Shown here: in pieces, positions 24,901-39,294 of the stretch
How positions within the stretch are numbered: the stretch's first letter is position 1
Layout of the letters: every line of letters starts with the position of its first letter
Assembly (NCBI GenBank): GCA_964016885.1
Contig: OZ024757.1
Location: 9,114,001 to 9,178,000 of the forward strand
Length of the DNA stretch: 64,000 bases
Source: Eledone cirrhosa
Taxonomy: Eukaryota
Reading direction: 5' to 3'
Translations under genes and position numbers: made by a program
Notes under the pieces: model-generated
Told to the model about the DNA's origin: nothing
The model's input: only the letters and a program-made list of their open reading frames with translations
Database searches by the model: none

Positions 24901-27403
24901 GTATTGTGTTAATGTCATTTTAAACGCTGAGAAAGCCAGCGTAATTTTTTTAATTTTTGCACGCAGAAAATGTAAACAGAACGTAAGACGCTCAATGTAA
25001 ACAGAACAAAGGGAAATAACTCGCCACTTACGCTCAAAAATCGATACATTAGATTCGATTCCGTCACATGGGGTCGGTCAATTTGAAATATTTTTTTCCG
25101 ATGTCTTCGCTAGGGCTCAATGTACAAGTATAGCAATTTCGGTGCAATTCCGTCAGAGATTCTAAGAGGAGATGTGTGCCAAATATCGATAGACAGACAG
25201 ACAACCACAGCTTTATATATATAGACTAGCAGTAAAGCCCGGCGTTGCTCGGGGTCGCTCAGTAGCTGTGTTAAAGTTACAATGTTAAGTTTCTTTTTTG
25301 GCTTAAAGTCTGTCTGCACGACTGTCTGTCTGCACGCCTAACGAAATTTACAGATACATATATTTTAAATAAACTTATATAATTTTTGCTATTTTTTACG
25401 AAATATTTGCTTGTTTTACGTAGTCTTTAAATAGACTTGTTTTCAAGTAAAAATACTGTTTTAAAAGGCTTTTAAATGGAAATGAAGTAAAACGGAAGCT
25501 TAGTGTTCCAACTGATGAATTTTGCAGGTCAAAATTTTGCTGGCTTGACAACTGTTCGTGTATTGTGTTAATGTCATTTTAAACGCTGAGAAAGCCAGCG
25601 TAATTTTTTTAATTTTTGCACGCAGAAAATGTAAACAGAACGTAAGACGCTCAATGTAAACAGCAGGGAAATAACTCGTCACTTACGCTCAAAAATCGAT
25701 ACATTTGATTCGATTGCGTCACATAGGGTGGGTCAATTTGAAATATTTTTTTTCCGATGTCTTCGCTAGGGCTCAATGTACAAGTATAGCAATTTCGGTG
25801 CAATTCCGTCAGAGATTCTAAGAGGAGATGTGTGCCAAAGATCGATAGACAGACAGACAACCACAGCTTTATATATATAGACTAGCAGTAAGGCCCGGCG
25901 TTGCTCGGGGTCGCCCAGTAGCTGTGTTAAAGTTACAATGTTAAGTTTCTTTTTTGGCTTAAAGTCTGTCTGCACGCCTAACGAAATTTACAGATACATA
26001 TATTTTAAATAAACTTATATAATTTTGGCTTTTTTTAACGAAATATTTGCTTCTTTTACGTAGTCTTTAAATAAACTTGTTTTGAAGTAAAAATATTGTT
26101 TTAAAAGGCTTTTAAATGGAAATGAAGCAAAACGGAAGCTTAGTGTTCGAACTGATGAATCTTGCAGGTCAAAATTTTGCTGGCTCGCCAACTGTTCGTG
26201 TATCGTGTTAATGTCATTTTAAACGCTGAGAAAGACAGCGTAATTTTTTTTATTTTTGCACGCAGAAAATGTAAACAACGTAAGACGCTCAATGTAAACA
26301 GAACAAAGGGAAATAACTCGTCACTTACGCTCAAAAATCGATACATTAGATACGATTTCGTCACATACGGTGGGTCAATTTGAAATATTTTTTTCCGATG
26401 TCTTCGCTAGGGCTCAATGTACAAGTATAGCAATTTCGGTGCAATTCCGTCAGATATTCTAAGAGGAGATGTGTGCCAAAAATCGAAAGACAGACAGACA
26501 ACCACAGCTTTATATATATAGAACAAAGGGAAATAACTCGTCACTTACGCTCAAAAATCGATACATTAGATTCGATTTCGTCACATAGGGTGGGTCAATT
26601 TGAAATATCTTTTTTCCGATGTCTTCGCTAGGGCTCAATGTACAAGTATAGCAATTTCGGTGCAATTCCGTCAGAGATTCTAAGAGGAGATGTGTGCCAA
26701 AAATCGATAGACAGACAGACAACCACAGCTTTATATATATAGACTAGCAGTAAAGCCCGGCGTTGCTCGGGGTCGCTCAGTAGCTGTGTTAAAGTTACAA
26801 TGTTAAGTTTCTTTTTTGGCTTAAAGTCTGTCTGCACGACTGTCTGTCTGCACGCCTAACGAAATTTACAGATACATATATTTTAAATAAACTAATATAA
26901 TTTTTGCTTTTTTTTACGAAATATTTGCTTGTTTTACATAGTCTTTAAATAGACTTGTTTTCATGTAAAAAATATTGTTTTAAAAGCCTTTTAAATGGAA
27001 ATGAAGCAAAACGGAAGCTTAGTGTTCGAACTGATGAATTTTGCAGATCAAAATTTTGCTTGCTCGACAACTGTTCGTGTATCGTGTTAATGTCATTTTA
27101 AACGCTGAGAAAGCCAGCGTAATTTTTTTAATTTTTGCACGCAGAAAATGTAAACAGAACGTAAGACGCTCAATATAAACAGAACAAAGGGAAATAACTC
27201 GTCACTTACGCTCAAAAATCGATACATTAGATTAGATTTCGTCACATAGGGTGGGTCAATTTGAAATATTTTTTTCCGATGTCTTCGCTAGGGCTCAATG
27301 TACAAGTATAGCAATTTCGGTGCAATTCCGTCAGAGATTCTAAGAGGAGATGTGTGCCAAAAATCGATAGACAGACAGACAACCACAGCTTTATATATAT
27401 AGA
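9974..27403 (-). mobile_element. Head-to-tail tandem array of a non-autonomous Helitron (~640-675 bp units plus ~219-bp 5'-only units)
   Basis: Minus-strand unit starts TCTATATATATAAAGC..(GTCT)n and ends CCCGAGCAACGCCGGGCTTTACTGCTAG (GC hairpin + CTAG). Junctions read CTAG|TC. The outer ends are flanked by A (5') and T (3'). Confidence 0.9.
10280..10460. repeat. 37-bp minisatellite inside the first Helitron copy
   Basis: ctgcacgcctatatcacctctctgcacgactgtctgt, ~4 copies. Confidence 0.85.
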
Positions 27404-27429
27404 TGACATAATCAAAAACAAGAAGTTAT

Positions 27430-28719
27430 TTGAAAATTTATTTGACCGATGGTTCCGCCGGACCTTCATCTATAAGTGTAGCAATTTCACCAAAATTTGA
27501 ACGTACGGTTTAAGAGGAGATGTGTGCCGAATGTTTTAGTAGACAGACAGACAACCTCAGTTTTATATATATAGACTAGCAGGGGTACCCGGCGTTGCTC
27601 GGGTATTAAATAGCAGTTATGTATACCATTTATGTCAATACTTCAGTGCTGCTTCGAAAACTATACTTTTATAAACTCGTCGACTTTTTCCAAAAGGGGG
27701 TTCCTGCCCTCAGGGGTCCCCTACTCAATATCTGCCAATTCTGAGAGTTCACATTCATCTGTAGAACAAACATATCCCATGTGTCAAGTTTTGTGAAAAT
27801 CGGTTGCGAACTCCAGAAGTTATGACGTTTTTTTTGCATTGCACTGCAGTGCTTCAGTCGACTCCAAGGAAGTGGTTAAAGGGCGTTATCCGCCGGGAGG
27901 CCCTATAATCAATATCTGGAAAAATGAAAGTGTCCATGACCATCCGGAGTACATAAGTAACCTATATCTTAAGTTTGGTGAAAATACTGTAGAAATGCAT
28001 AAGGTTTACACACGCGCGCGCACGCGCACGTGTGTGTGTGTGTGTATGTATTTGTGTGTGCGTATGTATAAGTATGTGTATGTCCGTCGGCGCATACGTA
28101 TGTACTGGCCTAAATCTTCACTATTTATTTTTACTATGTTAAGGCAAATTTAAAATCCCGTCGAGGTTAACTTTGCCTTTCATCCTTACGGGGTCGATAA
28201 AATAAAGTACCAGTAATGTACTGTTTAATTGCTGGCCTTGTGCCAAAAGTAGAAACAACTATTTTAATAACCTGTCATTTTCGTTTACAATTTTATTTAC
28301 ATCATTCTTAAACTCCGGGGCTGGTAATCATTCGGTTATTTTAAATAGAATATTAGGCTAACGACTCCATTTACACCATAAACTTGGTCTTCTCTTTGCA
28401 TGAAATTGTTCTTCTCGGTCCACCGCGTCGTTTATACGTAACATAAAGAGATAAGCAAATGACGCCATAAAAGGGAAATAACTCGTCTCTCATCTCTATT
28501 TATACATTTGAACTGAAAAATCAATACATTACAAATTCGATTTTTACACTTGGCGTGGGTCGATTTGAAAATTTATTTGACCGATGGTTCCGCCGGACCT
28601 TCATCTATAAGTGTAGCAATTTCACCGAAATTTGAACGTACGGTTTAAGAGATGTGTGCCGACGGATTTAGTAGACAGACACACAGACAGACGGACAACC
28701 TCAGTTTTATATATATAGA
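27430..28719 (-). mobile_element. Second, related non-autonomous Helitron family (full copy 27576-28719 plus partial 5' copy), containing a SINE fragment at 28154-28258
   Basis: Plus strand ctagcaggggtacccggcgttgctcggg at 27576; 5' end ...ttttatatatataga at 28719; 27430-27575 repeats 28570-28719. Confidence 0.75.
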
Positions 28720-28756
28720 TATATATGCATATATATATATTATATATATATATATA

Positions 28757-28840
<84 letters not shown>

Positions 28841-28843
<3 letters not shown>

Positions 28844-29581
28844 TAATTTAATATATCTACTAACATAAGCGCACAGATGTACGCTAATGCCAGCAAATAC
28901 ACAGGTTATGTCATAGTACCTAGGTGGTTCAATGCAGGAGGATGCAGAACAATAATATAAAAGACGTAAAATAAGAAAATAAAAAAATAAAAAAAAATTT
29001 TTTTAAATTAACTTACTTAAATTTTCACTCCAACTAATTAGTTTCTGCAATGGGATAAAGACAGTTACGTAATGAACTGTTAAGAATTTCATTGCGTCAT
29101 CAGGGAGGTCTATTCTCAGCCAAGTCTCCAGGCAATGCGCGGACACTGGGGACTCATATAAAAATAATAATAATTCGGTAAATGGAACAGCTATCGAGGA
29201 CTGGATTCCAGGTACTGAAAATTCTCACTGCTACTGGTCATATGGCCGATTCTAAAGAATCAATCACGTGACACAGAGGCTAGTCAGTAGGAATGGGATG
29301 GTAAGATGACAGACGCCTACTAACACCCCCCCAAAATTTAGAAGTGGTTTTGGCAGGTTTGCTCGACAAATCAGTGATTTGGAGATAAATATAGATAATT
29401 TAATATATCTACTAACACAAGCGCACAGATGTACGCTAATGCCAGCAATTTCTTATTTTACGTCTTTTATATTATTTTTCTGCATCCTCCTGCATTGAAC
29501 CACCTAGGTACTATGACATAACCTGTGTATTTGCTGGCATTAGCGTACATCTGTGCGCTTATGTTAGTAGATATATTAAAT
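28841..29581 (-). mobile_element. ~552-bp HHR element: monomer + ~56-bp direct repeat + ~133-bp inverted segment
   Basis: agataatttaatatatctactaac occurs at 28841 and 29393; 29449-29581 is the reverse complement of ~28846-28978. Confidence 0.75.
29028..29107 (-). ncRNA. Type I hammerhead ribozyme
   Basis: Minus strand: CUCC-CUGAUGA-c GCAAUG...CAUUGC a-GAA-ACUAAUUAGU-U-GGAG. Palindromic stem III; large stem-II loop with an inner hairpin acaguu/aacugu. Confidence 0.75.
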
Positions 29582-29583
29582 AT

Positions 29584-31591
<2,008 letters not shown>

Positions 31592-31741
31592 CCCCTCCGC
31601 CTCCGTGGTATTTTTTTCGTGGTTATAGGAGGCTTAGCTCTGTTTCTCGACCGTTATATCGCGTGACTATCTCCCCCTCCGCCTTTTGGGATTCTTTCTC
31701 ACGTCGTGTGGACGCGTTCTTGAGACTAGTAAAATGAGGTA

Positions 31742-31827
31742 TCCTCTTGATAAGTCGGCAGACCTCGCAAGGACTCTATATCTTTGATATATTGTTTTTG
31801 TTTATGCCACGAAACTACGGTCGAGGA
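31742..31827 (+). ncRNA. Hammerhead ribozyme, U3-A8 variant (591-bp unit copy 1; stem III shortened by 2 nt)
   Basis: UCCUC-UUGAUAA-GUcGGCA...UGCCAC-GAA-AC UACG GU-C-GAGGA. Confidence 0.78.
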
Positions 31828-32330
31828 ATTTAGGAACAGTTTAGGTATGATACATTTTATTACTAATTATATCTAAATGTTTCTTCTCTCTTCATAATGT
31901 ATTTTTAACTCTGATACTGGTTCAGTCTGGTTCAAACTGAATTGGTCTGTCCCAGTCATTCATTGAGCAACATCGGTGAAGTTGGCACCCTTAACTCACA
32001 GTTGGGTGCGGATGCATTCATGTATATATGTGTGTGTCCGCATGTATCTGTGTGTTTCTAAATGTATTAATAACTCCCTCTGGTCGAGCAATCTTTGAAG
32101 TGTGGGGACAACTGGAAAGCTTCCATTACTCATACTTCTCGCCTTCTTCACTACCTCTTCTGCGGCCTCGATATGAATACCCCCTCCGCCTCCGTGGTAT
32201 TTTTTTCGTGGTTATAGGAGGCTTAGCTCTGTTTCTCGACCGTTATATCGCGTGACTATCTCCCCCTCCGCCTTTTGGGATTCTTTCTCACGTCGTGTGG
32301 ACGCGTTCTTGAGACTAGTAAAATGAGGTA

Positions 32331-32418
32331 TCCTCTTGATAAGTCGGCAGACCTCGCAAGGACTCTATATCTTTGATATATTGTTTTTGTTTATGCCACG
32401 AAACTACGTAGTCGAGGA
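32331..32418 (+). ncRNA. Hammerhead ribozyme, U3-A8 variant (copy 2)
   Basis: UCCUC-UUGAUAA-GUcGGCA[~45-nt branched loop]UGCCAC-GAA-ACUACGUAGU-C-GAGGA; GUC triplet, C17 at 32413. Confidence 0.85.
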
Positions 32419-32921
32419 ATTTAGGAACAGTTTAGGTATGATACATTTTATTACTAATTATATCTAAATGTTTCTTCTCTCTTCATAATGTATTTTTAAC
32501 TCTGATACTGGTTCAGTCTGGTTCAAACTGAATTGGTCTGTCCCAGTCATTCATTGAGCAACATCGGTGAAGTTGGCACCCTTAACTCACAGTTGGGTGC
32601 GGATGCATTCATGTATATATGTGTGTGTCCGCATGTATCTGTGTGTTTCTAAATGTATTAATAACTCCCTCTGGTCGAGCAATCTTTGAAGTGTGGGGAC
32701 AACTGGAAAGCTTCCATTACTCATACTTCTCGCCTTCTTCACTACCTCTTCTGCGGCCTCGATATGAATACCCCCTCCGCCTCCGTGGTATTTTTTTCGT
32801 GGTTATAGGAGGCTTAGCTCTGTTTCTCGACCGTTATATCGCGTGACTATCTCCCCCTCCGCCTTTTGGGATTCTTTCTCACGTCGTGTGGACGCGTTCT
32901 TGAGACTAGTAAAATGAGGTA

Positions 32922-33009
32922 TCCTCTTGATAAGTCGGCAGACCTCGCAAGGACTCTATATCTTTGATATATTGTTTTTGTTTATGCCACGAAACTACGT
33001 AGTCGAGGA
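32922..33009 (+). ncRNA. Hammerhead ribozyme, U3-A8 variant (copy 3)
   Basis: Identical to copy 2; C17 at 33004. Confidence 0.85.
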
Positions 33010-33514
33010 ATTTAGGAACAGTTTAGGTATGATACATTTTATTACTAATTATATCTAAATGTTTCTTCTCTCTTCATAATGTATTTTTAACTCTGATACT
33101 GGTTCAGTCTGGTTCAAACTGAATTGGTCTGTCCCAGTCATTCATTGAGCAACATCGGTGAAGTTGGCACCCTTAACTCACAGTTGGGTGCGGATGCATT
33201 CATGTATATATGTGTGTGTCCGCATGTATCTGTGTGTTTCTAAATGTATTAATAACTCCCTCTGGTCGAGCAATCTTTGAAGTGTGGGGACAACTGGAAA
33301 GCTTCCATTACTCATACTTCTCGCCTCTTCTTCACTACCTCTTCTGCGGCCTCGATATGAATACCCCCTCCGCCTCCGTGGTATTTTTTTCGTGGTTATA
33401 GGAGGCTTAGCTCTGTTTCTCGACCGTTATATCGCGTGACTATCTCCCCCTCCGCCTTTTGGGATTCTTTCTCACGTCGTGTGGACGCGTTCTTGAGACT
33501 AGTAAAATGAGGTA

Positions 33515-33602
33515 TCCTCTTGATAAGTCGGCAGACCTCGCAAGGACTCTATATCTTTGATATATTGTTTTTGTTTATGCCACGAAACTACGTAGTCGAG
33601 GA
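33515..33602 (+). ncRNA. Hammerhead ribozyme, U3-A8 variant (copy 4)
   Basis: Identical to copy 2; C17 at 33597. Confidence 0.85.
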
Positions 33603-34105
33603 ATTTAGGAACAGTTTAGGTATGATACATTTTATTACTAATTATATCTAAATGTTTCTTCTCTCTTCATAATGTATTTTTAACTCTGATACTGGTTCAG
33701 TCTGGTTCAAACTGAATTGGTCTGTCCCAGTCATTCATTGAGCAACATCGGTGAAGTTGGCACCCTTAACTCACAGTTGGGTGCGGATGCATTCATGTAT
33801 ATATGTGTGTGTCCGCATGTATCTGTGTGTTTCTAAATGTATTAATAACTCCCTCTGGTCGAGCAATCTTTGAAGTGTGGGGACAACTGGAAAGCTTCCA
33901 TTACTCATACTTCTCGCCTTCTTCACTACCTCTTCTGCGGCCTCGATATGAATACCCCCTCCGCCTCCGTGGTATTTTTTTCGTGGTTATAGGAGGCTTA
34001 GCTCTGTTTCTCGACCGTTATATCGCGTGACTATCTCCCCCTCCGCCTTTTGGGATTCTTTCTCACGTCGTGTGGACGCGTTCTTGAGACTAGTAAAATG
34101 AGGTA

Positions 34106-34193
34106 TCCTCTTGATAAGTCGGCAGACCTCGCAAGGACTCTATATCTTTGATATATTGTTTTTGTTTATGCCACGAAACTACGTAGTCGAGGA
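34106..34193 (+). ncRNA. Hammerhead ribozyme, U3-A8 variant (copy 5)
   Basis: Identical to copy 2; C17 at 34188. Confidence 0.85.
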
Positions 34194-34267
34194 ATTTAGG
34201 AACAGTTTAGGTATGATACATTTTATTACTAATTATATCTAAATGTTTCTTCTCTCTTCATAATGTA

Positions 34268-34370
34268 TATATATATATATATATATATACTATATATATA
34301 TATACACTATATATATATATATATATACTATATATATATATATATACTATATATATATATATATAATATA

Positions 34371-34424
<54 letters not shown>

Positions 34425-34493
34425 TGTATATATATATATACTGTATATATATATATACTGTATATATATATATACTGTATATATATATATATA

Positions 34494-34531
<38 letters not shown>

Positions 34532-34567
34532 TAGTATATATATATATATATACTATATATATATATA

Positions 34568-34601
<34 letters not shown>

Positions 34602-34632
34602 TATATATATATATAGTATATATATATATATA

Positions 34633-34716
<84 letters not shown>
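34268..34716. repeat. Complex (TA)n tract
   Basis: Seen directly. Confidence 0.95.
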
Positions 34717-34719
<3 letters not shown>

Positions 34720-34752
34720 ATGAAATAAAAAAATGGTTAAAAAAGTTCCATG

Positions 34753-34823
34753 TATTTTATTATGCGCATTTAACAAACAAATATCATCCTGGGACGATAT
34801 TTGCGTTCTCATCAGATAAAATA
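34753..34823 (-). ncRNA. Degenerate hammerhead ribozyme (G12 lost)
   Basis: Minus strand: UAUUUUAU-CUGAUGA-gaac GCAAAUAUCGUCC ca GGAUGAUAUUUGU uuguu-AA-AUGCGCAU-A-AUAAAAUA. All three stems are present; GAAA is damaged. Confidence 0.6.
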
Positions 34824-35482
34824 GGGAGACATGATATGATGCCTAGAAAAACACTTGTGAACAAGGTAGTATCTAGTCAATATATGATAAATAAATTTAA
34901 AAGGATATAGAAGATTGGAAAAAAGGGAAGGAAGGGGAAAAAAGGAAGGAAGAGGAAGGAAGGGGAAAAAGAAGGAGAGGATAACGGAGCAAGAAGGAAG
35001 GAGGAGAGAGAAAGAGAGGGAGAGAAAGAGAGATGGAGAGAGAGAGAGAGATTTAAACTGAAAAACGGTGTCACCACTGAAAAATAACTGAATAACGGTT
35101 GTAAAATTAATTAAATTAAAAAATTAAAAATTGATGAGGTTTATGATTGATGATGTTTATGACTACAGCGATAGAAATTAAGTATACTATTTATTTAGGG
35201 ATTATATACCGAAGGATTTATTAAGAGGTGCGAAAAAGTTTTATTAAATGTATTATTAAAATAAAATAAAGATAATGTGAATCATAATAAAATTAAATGA
35301 CTTATAAGCTTAGAAGACGATATAGGGTCCTAGTTTGTTTAAATAGATTGTAATTGAAAAAGTATTTCTGTGAAAAAGTAATTATTTAAGCAAAGACAAG
35401 CACGGAATGAGAGAAGAAATATATATATATATATATATATAAAGGGTATGTTAAAATTTATTTATAAAACTGGTATATATTG

Positions 35483-35547
35483 TATTTTGTCTGATGAAAG
35501 CATACCATAATTTAGCATGGTATCCTTGAAATATGTATAATAAAATA
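35483..35547 (+). ncRNA. Type I hammerhead ribozyme
   Basis: UAUUUUGU-CUGAUGA-AAG c AUACCAU aauuuagc AUGGUAU c CUU-GAA-AUAUGUAU-A-AUAAAAUA; pairing is preserved relative to 8924-8989. Confidence 0.8.
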
Positions 35548-35586
35548 GATATGGTTTTATAAATATAGTTTCCATTTGTTAATATC

Positions 35587-35622
<36 letters not shown>

Positions 35623-35762
35623 CATACTGTATATCGTTGGATATAGAAAAGTCACATACATGTATGTATACAGCTGAAGATATATATATATGTGTGTGTA
35701 TATATATATATATATGAATATACGCATACACACACACACATATACATATATATATATATAAC

Positions 35763-36162
35763 GTAGTTCTCAGGGAGATTCAGCATGACACAGAATGTGA
35801 CAAAGTTGGTCTTTCGAATTACAGGTACAGGGTGGCCCAAAAGTTATACAGGGGTTTTAGTTTTTATTAACTTCCTGAATTGTACAGATTGATGTATGAA
35901 ATGTTGACACAACTTAAAGGACATAATGGAAATTATTTTGTATTTGTCAATCCTTGTCACACCTCTACTTTACTTATGAATAATTAAATAAAATAATTAT
36001 AAACAGTTGCGACCCCTGTGTAACTTTTGGGCCACCCTGTACCACTGATGTTTACCAGCTGAGTGGACTGGAGCAATGTGAAATAAAAAGTCTTGCTCAA
36101 GGACACAATGTACTGCTGGGAATCATGAGACAAATACCCTAACCACAAAGCCATGTACCTTC
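35763..36162 (-). mobile_element. tRNA-derived SINE interrupted by a MITE
   Basis: Shares ctggagcaatgtgaaataaa..gtcttgctcaagga and ctaaccac..agccatgt with the SINEs at 43162 and 58122. Confidence 0.65.
35828..36039. mobile_element. Tc1/mariner-type MITE
   Basis: TIRs cagggtggcccaaaagttatacagggg / cccctgtgtaacttttgggccaccctg with TA on both sides. Confidence 0.9.
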
Positions 36163-36828
36163 ATACATTGTAGAATATGAAAGTGAAAGGTGGGTCTGTT
36201 TAGGGAGCCCTTCAATGTAAGTGGCTTAGGGTTACCAAGGTAACAAGTGAGAAGGGAATTGAGAGAGATGGATTAGAAAATAAAAGGACCAGTATGACTG
36301 ATTGTTACCTTAGTAATTTAGCAGTCCCTAAATATTTCGGATTTACCAGACATTATCTAGGAGGTGGTCCGAAAAATTTGGGGACTAATAAATTACAATA
36401 GTAACAATCATTGACTACTTGACTGAAGATGAGATCTGAGCCATAATACTAAAGCCCTAAAACTTCTAACTGGTTCTGGAAGTTTCCACATCAACAGTGA
36501 CATAGACCACCTCTATCTGAAACATAAACAGGGAGGCAGTGGCTTAGCATCAGTCCAGACAATGTTTGAATGTCACATCATATCCTTCTGAAAACATCTA
36601 CGAACCTTACCATTTCTGTCCATTCCCTTGTCTTTAGATTGCCTCACAGACGTAACTTTATTACATAAAGTTGCTGTCTGATGATATCACGTGGTCACAT
36701 GATTGTTCAATCATGTGACCATGATTGTCATTATAAAGTGTATCACAGCTTTGTTAATAAAGGAACTTTTAACATCTACACCAAACTTCACATTTTCCTT
36801 ACTATATATATATGTTGATGACATACAC

Positions 36829-37125
36829 ATATTGGTATACATTGGAAGGGTCCTGCTGCCAATAAAACTACACAGCTGCTGGATTTCTTTTCAAATTTTC
36901 ACAAAAACAAGTTGGTGTAGTACAAAAAAAGAAGAGACCAAAATAACTATAAAAGTAGTCACTGAGGAGGTGACAGAATGTGTGACAAAAGATCTTTGAC
37001 AATCAACAACTAAACAACCATCTGGTTATTAAACTAGCCGAATAATAATACTAATAAATTGAAGTGAAACCAACAAGTGCGTGTGTTTTTATTGGCAGCA
37101 TGACCCTCCGAAAGTATAACAATAT
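36829..37125. mobile_element. MITE-like element with ~45-bp imperfect inverted ends
   Basis: atattggtatacattggaagggtcctgctgccaataaaa / ttttattggcagcatgaccctccgaaagtataacaatat. Confidence 0.55.
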
Positions 37126-37185
37126 CTGTTACAACACGTTTTCAGGTAAAAAATCTTGAAAAACAAATTCAAAACCGAGTATACA

Positions 37186-38411
<1,226 letters not shown>

Positions 38412-38414
38412 TCC

Positions 38415-38450
<36 letters not shown>

Positions 38451-38536
38451 GCATTTGTATGTATGTATGTGTATAAACAACATCAATATATGTATGTATA
38501 TATATACACACACATACATATATAGGACTATGTATG

Positions 38537-38579
<43 letters not shown>

Positions 38580-39215
38580 CATAAACAACGCTAGAAATAC
38601 CAAACAAATCTATATCCTGTTTCTTTATATTGTTGTGATAAAATAGTTTATTTTACCAAATATAAAATGTGATACAAACTGTACACCCTACCTGGCAATT
38701 TCTAGCCTTAGTACGTAAAGATATATTGTAATTTCAGTTACAGAATGTTAATCTATAAACTGTAATTCGTATCTCTGCAAAATTTTATTACAAAATAAGT
38801 TATTAAGAAAGTTATAAGAACATTTAGTGAGGGGCTCTCTAGTCTAGATTACTATCATAAATTTTACAGGCAAAGGGAGATAATATCAAACCGAAGGCTT
38901 TAAAGATTTATTCCCCTTTGTTAAACGTTTCAGTCTGTGTGGTAAATACAAATGCTAGAAATGGCAGCCAAATAATAAAAATATGTAACGTGGAAAATGT
39001 TAGAAATAGCAGCTAAGTCAGCTCTAAATTTTCATATGTATATTAACATACATGTGATAAAAATATATTTCCAGACGTATATCATATCATATATATTTTT
39101 AGCGGTCTTTTGGTCTATTCACCACCATGGGCTATAAAACATGTCTTTTCTCTACACCATGTGTGTTTTTTAGTTATCTAATATATTTTTAGAAGTGTTG
39201 ATCATATTGATAGGT

Positions 39216-39294
39216 ATCCGCTGATGAGCTACATCTACAATATATATTCTTCCCTTTTATAGCGAAATATACTCTTATTTGAGCATGTCTGGAT
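39216..39294 (+). ncRNA. Type I hammerhead ribozyme with full-length stem III
   Basis: AUCCG-CUGAUGA-GCUA..UAGC-GAA-AUAU a CUC uuauuu GAG c AUGU-C-UGGAU; core intact, GUC triplet. Confidence 0.75.

Larger units (their letters stand above)
31592..34267 (+). mobile_element. 591-bp tandem array (~4.5 units), retrozyme-like, one U3-A8 hammerhead per unit
   Basis: Period 591/591/593/591; units differ only by two 2-nt indels that I can see; flanked by very long (TA)n. Confidence 0.88.

Noticed and set aside
11072-27469. Recurrent 60-111 aa ORFs (MQTDFKPKKK..., MTSYFPS...)
   Set aside because: Chance frames in a non-coding Helitron unit. They cross unit junctions and open or close with homopolymer indels; no Rep or helicase motifs.
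31918-31945. Pol III A/B-box-like sequence tggttcagtctggttcaaact in the 591-bp unit
   Set aside because: The boxes overlap with no spacing, the sequence is better explained as a hairpin, and the unit has several T-runs.
32028-32255. 75-aa ORF in the 591-bp unit
   Set aside because: Starts in TG-rich simple sequence, is frameshifted in copy 3 and has no recognisable domain; recurrence only reflects repeat identity.
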